Of a DNA stretch of 64,000 bases, positions 58,267 through 64,000 are shown one piece after another. Made by a program: the position numbers and the translations under genes. Under the pieces are notes generated by a model. The model did not search any database, was not told the DNA's origin, and saw only the letters and a program-made list of their open reading frames with translations. Location of the stretch: NCBI GenBank assembly GCA_037969625.1, contig JBBKXT010000197.1, positions 1,433-65,432 on the forward strand. The letters are read 5' to 3'. Position 1 is the first letter of the stretch. Every line of letters begins with the position of its first letter. The stretch comes from Saprospiraceae bacterium. GTDB lineage: Bacteria; Bacteroidota; Bacteroidia; Chitinophagales; Saprospiraceae.

Positions 58267-58761
58267 TTAACGATTTAAAATATATCTTGCGGAAAGCGCA
58301 CCCCAGGAATAATAACCATCATCCCAACCACCAACGCGGAAAGTAGGAGCAAAGTCTACAGCAAGCGTAATCGGTGCATCTGGAAAAGTGTATTCCAATC
58401 CAATAATACCGCTCACGCCAACACCAATTTTTCCCTCATCATCTAAATACGTAAAGTCTCCATAATCAATGAATATAACACTAGCACCAAATCCATAGTA
58501 CCAGCTTAAGCCTTCCGCTCCACTGATATCTTTTTGAAACTCATAAAAACCACCAACTGCGAGGTAGTTATAAATGCCGGAATAGCTCCGATACCCAAGA
58601 AACAAGTCCAGCGCATTTGTCTCATTTAAAAAGGTCTTATAAGAAATGGAAAGTGGATACCCAAAGCGCAATCCAATAGCACTGTTATAGGCTTGGGCTT
58701 GTACTTGAGAAGAAATCGCAAGGCCGGTGAGTAAAAAGAAACATAAAATAAGCTTTTTCAT
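58267..58761 (-). CDS. Small outer-membrane beta-barrel-like protein, hypothetical
   Basis: 164 aa with a signal peptide (AISSQVQA). It is rich in Gly and aromatic residues in an alternating pattern. Confidence 0.6.
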   Translation of the reverse strand: MKKLILCFFLLTGLAISSQVQAQAYNSAIGLRFGYPLSISYKTFLNETNALDLFLGYRSYSGIYNYLAVGGFYEFQKDISGAEGLSWYYGFGASVIFIDYGDFTYLDDEGKIGVGVSGIIGLEYTFPDAPITLAVDFAPTFRVGGWDDGYYSWGALSARYILNR

Positions 58762-58856
58762 AGTTGGGCTTTTAGTTTTTTGTGAATAAATGGTAATTTG
58801 AATATTGGCTAAATATACAGAAAAAATTAAGGTGATAAAAAATGTTTTTATGTCAA

Positions 58857-59267
58857 TTAGTGAATGGGTCTTCTCACGATACCATTAACCAGAATTGCTA
58901 TCCATCCAGCAATAAAAAACAGACCACCAATGGGGGTTAGGAAACCGATGGTTGAAACAGAAAATCCTGTAAGACTGGCAGTTCCAATGATAAAAAGAGA
59001 GCCGGAAAACAATAAAACACCCAAAAGGAATGATATACCTGCTGTTTTCAACCATGTAGTGTGGGTGCCGGTTCCGGCTATGCCACTTATAATTAGGGTG
59101 GCCAGCACATGAATAAATAAATAAAGTACGCCTGTCTTGATTGTTTCCAGATCATTCGCATCCAACCTGGATTTTAGAAAATGAGCTCCGAAAGCCCCTG
59201 TGATTACTCCCAAGACGCCCAATATGGCAGCGGCCATCATTAATCGATTAAAGAATTGGTTTTTCAT
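58857..59267 (-). CDS. DUF423 family membrane protein (YgdD-like)
   Basis: 136 aa with four TM helices and the GAFGAHFL motif. Confidence 0.8.
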   Translation of the reverse strand: MKNQFFNRLMMAAAILGVLGVITGAFGAHFLKSRLDANDLETIKTGVLYLFIHVLATLIISGIAGTGTHTTWLKTAGISFLLGVLLFSGSLFIIGTASLTGFSVSTIGFLTPIGGLFFIAGWIAILVNGIVRRPIH

Positions 59268-59961
59268 CCAGTGACCAGTTTATAGGGGTACTCCCTTGTT
59301 TGCTAAGGATTGTATTTGCTTTCGAAAAATGTCTACAGCCACTAAACGCATTTCGGGCGAGTGGGGAGGGATGAGCTGCTTCCAAAATGGTATGTCGCTT
59401 TGTGTCAATTAATACTTTTTTAGATCGTGCATAATTTCCCCAAAGTAAAAAGATTAACCCGGATCGATTAGAGGATAATTTTTGAATAACCGCATCCGTA
59501 AATAAATGCCATCCAATCTTACTGTGTGAACCAGCCTGACCCTCTTCTACAGTGAGTATCGAATTGAGCATAAATACACCCTGAGAGGCCCATGAGGTAA
59601 GATCTCCATGATCAGGGATAGTAAATCCAGTATCTGCGTGCAACTCTTTGTATATGTTTTTAAGAGAAGCTGGGACGCGGACTTTTTTGGAAACTGAAAA
59701 ACAAAGGCCCATGGCCTGATCCATTCCATGATAGGGATCTTGTCCCAGGATGACCACTTTTACTTTGTCGAAAGGGGTCTGATTGAATGCATTAAAGATT
59801 TCAGGTCCCGGGGGATAAATAATCTTGCCCTCGTTTCGCTCCTTGGAAATAAAATGTTTGATCTGAGCGAAATAGGGCTTGGAGAACTCCTCCATCAATT
59901 GATCTTTCCACACAGGCTCAATCCGAATACTGGCAGGATCGATCTTGGGAAAGGGGGCCAT
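59248..59961 (-). CDS. ung: Uracil-DNA glycosylase (family 1)
   Basis: 237 aa with GQDPYH, a GVFMLN-type motif and HPSPL. Confidence 0.95.
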   Translation of the reverse strand: MAPFPKIDPASIRIEPVWKDQLMEEFSKPYFAQIKHFISKERNEGKIIYPPGPEIFNAFNQTPFDKVKVVILGQDPYHGMDQAMGLCFSVSKKVRVPASLKNIYKELHADTGFTIPDHGDLTSWASQGVFMLNSILTVEEGQAGSHSKIGWHLFTDAVIQKLSSNRSGLIFLLWGNYARSKKVLIDTKRHTILEAAHPSPLARNAFSGCRHFSKANTILSKQGSTPINWSLDEKPIL

Positions 59962-59984
59962 TGGAGATGTGTAGATTTAGGTTG

Positions 59985-60058
59985 TGACTCCACCAGGGCT
60001 CGAACCTGGAACCTACGGTTTAGAAAACCGTTGCTCTATCCTGTTGAGCTATGGAGCC
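59985..60058 (-). tRNA. tRNA-Arg (anticodon TCT)
   Basis: Hand-folded 74-nt cloverleaf on the minus strand: acceptor GGCTCCA/TGGAGTC, D arm GCTC..GAGC, anticodon stem ACGGT/ACCGT with loop TT-TCT-AA, T arm CCAGG-TTCGAGC-CCTGG, discriminator A. CCA is not encoded. Confidence 0.85.
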
Positions 60059-60071
60059 ATTTTTAGAGGTG

Positions 60072-60079
60072 CAAATATA
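60072..60079 (-). promoter_or_regulatory. Bacteroidota-type -7 promoter box (TATATTTG, followed by CACC) for tRNA-Arg(TCT)
   Basis: The minus strand reads TTATATTTGCACC. The box ends 13 nt upstream of the mature tRNA 5' end. Confidence 0.55.
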
Positions 60080-60166
60080 AAAGACTTCCGGCATAGCAAA
60101 AAGAGGAAATCAACATCTCCGGGGAATAAGCTGAAATTGAAATTTAAGTTATTATAAAACAGCTAG

Positions 60167-60676
60167 TTATGACTTGGATTTATATTCCTGCCAGGTTGTA
60201 GTCTTATAGTGTTCTTCGGCGACAAACTTCAATTCCTTCATTATAACGATAGGGATCTTATATCCGGGAGACACCAGTTTTCTAGCGAAATCACTGTCCA
60301 TATAGACATAGGCAGGGTAAGACAATTGGCCATTGAGCAGGTCATAGGCTAGTTGGTTGACACCGTCACGCTTATGAGCTATCCATTTATACTCCTTATC
60401 CTTCCAAAAAATACTCTCTTTTTGCTCGGCATTGAGTTTTATGGCATAAAAGTCAGCATTGAGACGAGAGACTACGGCTGAGTCTATAAATGTTGTACTA
60501 TCCATTTTCCTGCACCAGCCACACCAATCCGTATAGACATCCACAAATATCTTCTTCGGATGAGCTTGATTTGCCACAACGGCTTCTTCCCACGTCATCC
60601 AATTTATCTTCTGCCCATTTAATTGAAGGAGTGAACATACTAGCACGAGTGGTAAACAATACCTTAGTGAAGACAT
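60167..60676 (-). CDS. Thioredoxin-fold family protein (DUF255/thioredoxin_7-like), secreted
   Basis: 169 aa with a signal peptide and a WCGWC active-site motif. Confidence 0.8.
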   Translation of the reverse strand: MSSLRYCLPLVLVCSLLQLNGQKINWMTWEEAVVANQAHPKKIFVDVYTDWCGWCRKMDSTTFIDSAVVSRLNADFYAIKLNAEQKESIFWKDKEYKWIAHKRDGVNQLAYDLLNGQLSYPAYVYMDSDFARKLVSPGYKIPIVIMKELKFVAEEHYKTTTWQEYKSKS

Positions 60677-60708
60677 TTTATTACTTTGTTAATTGAAGTT
60701 ATAAAGAT

Positions 60709-61266
60709 ATGCATAAACTAATAGTAGGTCTGGGCGGTGCAAGTGGGTCAATTTATGCCCGCCTGTTGTTTGAACGTCTGGCACAGATCCCCGACCAATA
60801 CAGTGAGGTGGGTATCGTCATGAGTCGAAATGCTGAAATTAACTGGAATCTTGAAGTGAAAGATAAATCGGTCGAGAGTTATGGGCATAAGCTCTACCAT
60901 CAGGATGATTTTAATGCACCTTTTGCAAGTGGATCAGCCAGGTTCAACACAATGATTGTTTGTCCTTGTTCCATGGGGACGATGGCGCGAATGGCCCATG
61001 GACTTTCGGATGATCTGATGACCAGAGCTGCGGATGTTATTCTGAAAGAAAGAAGAAAGTTAATTCTCGTTCCAAGAGAAACACCTCTCAGTTTAATTCA
61101 TATTGAGAATATGCAAAAGCTAACCTTAGCCGGTGCTATTATTTGTCCTGCGATTCCTTCTTTTTATAATGGGGCTGACTCTATTGAAAAGGTGTGTCTC
61201 ACAGTTGTTGATCGCGTGCTTGATCTTGCGGGTTTTGATATTGATTCGTTCAGATGGGGGAGATAG
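60709..61266 (+). CDS. ubiX: UbiX family flavin prenyltransferase
   Basis: 185 aa with GGASGSIYA, MIVCPCSMGT and LILVPRETPLS motifs. Confidence 0.93.
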   Translation: MHKLIVGLGGASGSIYARLLFERLAQIPDQYSEVGIVMSRNAEINWNLEVKDKSVESYGHKLYHQDDFNAPFASGSARFNTMIVCPCSMGTMARMAHGLSDDLMTRAADVILKERRKLILVPRETPLSLIHIENMQKLTLAGAIICPAIPSFYNGADSIEKVCLTVVDRVLDLAGFDIDSFRWGR

Positions 61267-61573
61267 AAGGGTTAACGGTGAAGGGTCAAGGGGGTGAAAA
61301 TGTTTAAGGTGTAATGTTTAATGTGAAAGATTAAAGGGTTAAGAAGTTAGAAGATTATAGGGGTTATGAAAAATAAGAATTGAGTATGATTCGTCTAAGG
61401 TCTCAGGTCTAAAAGTCGCGCGTCGTTTTTTAGTTAAAGGTTTTATGTGTAAGGTTTAAATCGTGCGTCGCGTGTCGAAAATCGCGCATCGAAAAGTCTG
61501 ATGTCTGGCGTCTGATATCTCGCGTCCTTTGTTCGTAATTCACAGATTCGTAAATCGTAATTTTTCTCAGGAC
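61267..61573. repeat. Low-complexity spacer built of successive local word duplications
   Basis: Each stretch of about 30 nt holds 2-3 copies of a different 7-10-mer (gaagggt, atgtttaa, aagatta, ctcaggtct, tcgaaaa, gtctgat, tcgtaa). Only 2 C residues occur in 61267-61391. The second half is rich in CG dinucleotides. Confidence 0.75.
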
Positions 61574-62443
61574 TCAGGTCTCTCGTCTCAGGTCTCGCGC
61601 CTCATTCTTATAAACAATCGTCCGATAAGGAAATGGAATTTCGATTCCCTCCTTGTCAAAACGCTCCTTAACGGATTTTAGCAGATCACACATGAGCACA
61701 AAAGCGTCGTCACTATCCTTCGTCCATATGTAAGCTTTTAAATCCACCGAATAATCTGATAAAGCCACTACGCGAACGATCACAGCCGGTTCATTGGCTT
61801 CCACCTCCACCTCATTTCGGTTATCTAAAAAGCAAGGATGCCTTTGTGCTTCATCTTGAATAATTTCCATTGCTTTATCAATATTCGAATCATAGCTGAT
61901 GGAGAAAATAATATGTTTTCTGATTTTTAGATCTAGAATATTGCTGTTGATAATGGTCTCTTCACTGATGATGCTATTGGGAATCACTATCCTTCTATTC
62001 TCATAGTTATTGATCAGTGTGTGACGTAGTGTGATATCCTCCACAACACCCATCGAGCCATCATTCAGTTGAATGATATCTGATATTTTGTATGGTTTAA
62101 AGAGAAGTATAAACAACCCACTGATGATATTCGAAAATGCTTTTTGAGAGGCAAACCCCACAGCTACTGCGAGGATACCTGCACCTGCAAAAAGCGCTGT
62201 CCCCAAAGATTTTAAGTAAGGTATTTTTAGAAAAATAAAAATGATAGCGATCGCATAAATGACAAATCCCACCGAGTTTTTAATGAATGAAAAATTCGTA
62301 GGATCTGCTTTTAGTTTTTGGGCATATCTATTAACAAACAAATTGAGTGATTTTCTCAATACAAATGTGAAGACAAAGGCAATTGACAAGGTGACCGTGA
62401 TCAATAAAATATACTGTAGAACTTCTTTGCTTAGGATTGGCAT
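61574..62443 (-). CDS. Mechanosensitive ion channel family protein (MscS-like)
   Basis: 289 aa with three TM helices followed by the MscS beta domain (GVVEDITLRHTLINNYENRRIVIPNS). Confidence 0.88.
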   Translation of the reverse strand: MPILSKEVLQYILLITVTLSIAFVFTFVLRKSLNLFVNRYAQKLKADPTNFSFIKNSVGFVIYAIAIIFIFLKIPYLKSLGTALFAGAGILAVAVGFASQKAFSNIISGLFILLFKPYKISDIIQLNDGSMGVVEDITLRHTLINNYENRRIVIPNSIISEETIINSNILDLKIRKHIIFSISYDSNIDKAMEIIQDEAQRHPCFLDNRNEVEVEANEPAVIVRVVALSDYSVDLKAYIWTKDSDDAFVLMCDLLKSVKERFDKEGIEIPFPYRTIVYKNEARDLRRET

Positions 62444-62610
62444 CTTGACTTAATTTATGGCAGAAATGTAAAATTAATCAAACAATAGCGGTCGATCAAT
62501 GGATTATATTCCATTCGATTTAGAAGATTAGCGCTTTAGTTCAAAAGGTTGAAAAACACTGGGATATTGATCATTGGACCACCAAGTGATCAAATGGGTA
62601 AGGTTTTATG

Positions 62611-62682
62611 TAGTCCCGGCAGGGATCGAACCTGCATCTAAAGTTTAGGAAACTTCTATTCTATCCATTGAACTACGGGACC
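62611..62682 (-). tRNA. tRNA-Arg (anticodon CCT)
   Basis: Hand-folded 72-nt cloverleaf on the minus strand: acceptor GGTCCCG/CGGGACT (G1-U72 wobble), anticodon stem GAAGT/ACTTT with loop TT-CCT-AA, T arm GCAGG-TTCGATC-CCTGC, discriminator A. Confidence 0.8.
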
Positions 62683-62691
62683 AAGAGGGTG

Positions 62692-62699
62692 CAAATATA
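62692..62699 (-). promoter_or_regulatory. Bacteroidota-type -7 promoter box (TATATTTG, followed by CACCC) for tRNA-Arg(CCT)
   Basis: The minus strand reads TTATATTTGCACCC. The box ends 9 nt upstream of the tRNA 5' end. The 13-mer TTATATTTGCACC is identical to the one at 60068-60080. Confidence 0.55.
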
Positions 62700-62807
62700 A
62701 AGCTATTGGCCCCGAATCAGCGGAATTTCAACTTTTTTCAATTTCCTGATTCACACCTTGTTAACAGGAAGTAATACATCAAATTTTTTAGATATGTATT
62801 CTTATCC

Positions 62808-62815
62808 TAATTTTG
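62808..62815 (+). promoter_or_regulatory. Bacteroidota-type -7 promoter box (TAATTTTG)
   Basis: TAnnTTTG match 34 nt upstream of the ATG at 62850. Confidence 0.4.
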
Positions 62816-62849
62816 CATTGCTATTTAAAGAATTTTAAAATATTATAAA

Positions 62850-63392
62850 ATGACACTATTAAAAAATTTATTCGCTGTTGTTGTCCTTACACTGTCTGTG
62901 ACTATGATCGCTTGTCAAAGTGGAGCTGATGAAGCTCGTGAAGAAGCCAGAGAAAATCTGGCTCAAAATGAAGCAGGGGAAGTGAGTCCGCTAGCTAATG
63001 CTGAAGGTGCTACACCCTCATCTTTGTCCGCTGAGCAGGAGGTGCCTGCAGGCCCTACAACCGTCATGAAGTTCGAACATACCGATTTTGATTACGGAAC
63101 AGTGAAGGAAGGAGAGAAGGTTTCTCATACCTATACCTTTACAAACACAGGTAATGAGCCATTGATCATCAGCAGCGCCAAAGGAAGCTGTGGTTGCACC
63201 GTGCCTAAATGGCCATCTGAGCCAATCGCACCAGGAGCTAAGGGTGTTATTGATGTGGTTTTTGACAGTAAAGGAAAGCCTGGCAAGCAGGCCAAGCGTG
63301 TTACTGTAAATGCGAATACAGTACCGGCTCAAACATTCCTGAATATCTCAGGTCTAGTTGAGAAAGCTGATGCTGCTGCCACACCGAAATAG
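62850..63392 (+). CDS. DUF1573 domain lipoprotein
   Basis: 180 aa with a lipoprotein signal (VTMIAC) and a low-complexity linker. The typical DUF1573 core follows (FDYGTVKEGEKVSHTYTFTNTGNEPLIISSAKGSCGCTVP). Confidence 0.85.
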   Translation: MTLLKNLFAVVVLTLSVTMIACQSGADEAREEARENLAQNEAGEVSPLANAEGATPSSLSAEQEVPAGPTTVMKFEHTDFDYGTVKEGEKVSHTYTFTNTGNEPLIISSAKGSCGCTVPKWPSEPIAPGAKGVIDVVFDSKGKPGKQAKRVTVNANTVPAQTFLNISGLVEKADAAATPK

Positions 63393-63430
63393 GACTTTAT
63401 CGCAACGTTGAGTTGCTTTAATGAAAATAA

Positions 63431-63466
63431 AATGCCTGTAAAGCTGATTTCTTTACAGGCATTTTT
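63431..63466 (+). terminator. Rho-independent terminator
   Basis: Perfect 10-bp stem gcctgtaaag/ctttacaggc (63434-63443 and 63451-63460) followed by ATTTTT. Confidence 0.8.
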
Positions 63467-63477
63467 AATTTTACCAC

Positions 63478-64000
63478 ATGAAGTCATACTTCTCCCTGGT
63501 CAAATTCGCGCATACAGTCTTTGCCTTACCCTTTGCCTTTCTTGCCTTTTTTATAGGTATGACAACAGAAGGCACCGGAATGGATTGGTTGCTTTTGGTC
63601 AAAGTGTTTCTATGCATGGTTTTTGCTCGAAGTGCCGCTATGGCCTTTAATAGGTATATCGATAGAGACATTGATGCCTTAAATGATCGAACTGCCGTCA
63701 GAGAAATTCCTTCAGGGATCATCCAGGCGAAATCGGCACTTGCTTTGGTTTGGATATCATCAATCGCTTTTATCGCTACTACTTTTTGGATAAATCCGTT
63801 GTGCTTTTATTTATCACCAATAGCACTTTTAGTAGTTCTTGGCTATAGCTATACCAAGCGATTTACTTGGTTGTGTCATTTTGTGCTAGGTCTTGGACTC
63901 GGATTAGCACCGATCGGCGCATTCATTGCCGTCACCGGACGGTTTGAATGGTTGCCTGTCCTTTACGGGATCATGGTGATGTTGTGGGTCAGTGGCTTCG
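63478..64000 (+). CDS. UbiA family aromatic prenyltransferase (4-hydroxybenzoate polyprenyltransferase-like), 5' part; gene runs off the right edge
   Basis: Absent from the ORF track because no stop falls inside the window. My translation from the ATG at 63478 is MKSYFSLVKFAHTVFALPFAFLAFF...ARSAAMAFNRYIDRDIDALNDRTAVREIP..., which carries the UbiA NxxxDxxxD motif. The frame is open to 64000. Confidence 0.85.
   Translation, partial: MKSYFSLVKFAHTVFALPFAFLAFFIGMTTEGTGMDWLLLVKVFLCMVFARSAAMAFNRYIDRDIDALNDRTAVREIPSGIIQAKSALALVWISSIAFIATTFWINPLCFYLSPIALLVVLGYSYTKRFTWLCHFVLGLGLGLAPIGAFIAVTGRFEWLPVLYGIMVMLWVSGF

Noticed and set aside
35986-64000. UbiD (35986-37878), UbiX (60709-61266) and a UbiA-like prenyltransferase (63478 onward) considered as a dispersed novel pathway.
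   Set aside because: This trio is the known prenylated-FMN decarboxylase and prenyltransferase set used in quinone (menaquinone or ubiquinone) biosynthesis. The scattering is unremarkable, and nothing in the sequence suggests a new function.

Overview
This window looks like ordinary Bacteroidota-type core chromosome, and I found no convincing new multi-gene system. The phylum call rests on TAnnTTTG -7 promoter boxes, a DUF5683-parB-parA cluster, and an alternative complex III plus aa3 oxidase supercluster. The window starts inside dnaA (minus strand, running off the left edge). Going left to right it carries: a split 5'-nucleotidase, an IscA-like protein, an M16 peptidase pair, a thrombospondin-repeat OmpA, mltG, panB, dnaK, tsaD, rsmD, argS, glnS, parAB, purL, a roughly 1050-aa BNR/sortilin-like protein, a dNK-folK-rsmF-ubiD operon and thyA. 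A co-oriented respiratory block of about 17 kb follows (actABCDEF, coxII, coxI, heme O synthase, two coxIII, coxIV, SCO-like, DUF420). The window ends with beta-barrel OMPs, ung, two tRNA-Arg genes, ubiX, an MscS channel, a DUF1573 lipoprotein and a partial UbiA prenyltransferase at the right edge. About 90% of the window is coding. The points worth a second look are these. (1) ActB is split by a frameshift exactly at a Cys codon of an Fe-S cluster motif. (2) CoxII carries a C-terminal OmpA-like peptidoglycan-binding domain and no cytochrome c domain. (3) A 277-bp intergenic element is bounded by perfect 15-bp inverted repeats and contains GC-rich hairpins. (4) Several intergenic spacers are built from locally duplicated short words and share some words with each other. 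(5) A small AT-rich islet holds an orphan PD-(D/E)xK-like gene. All product calls come from motif recognition in the supplied translations. No database search was run.
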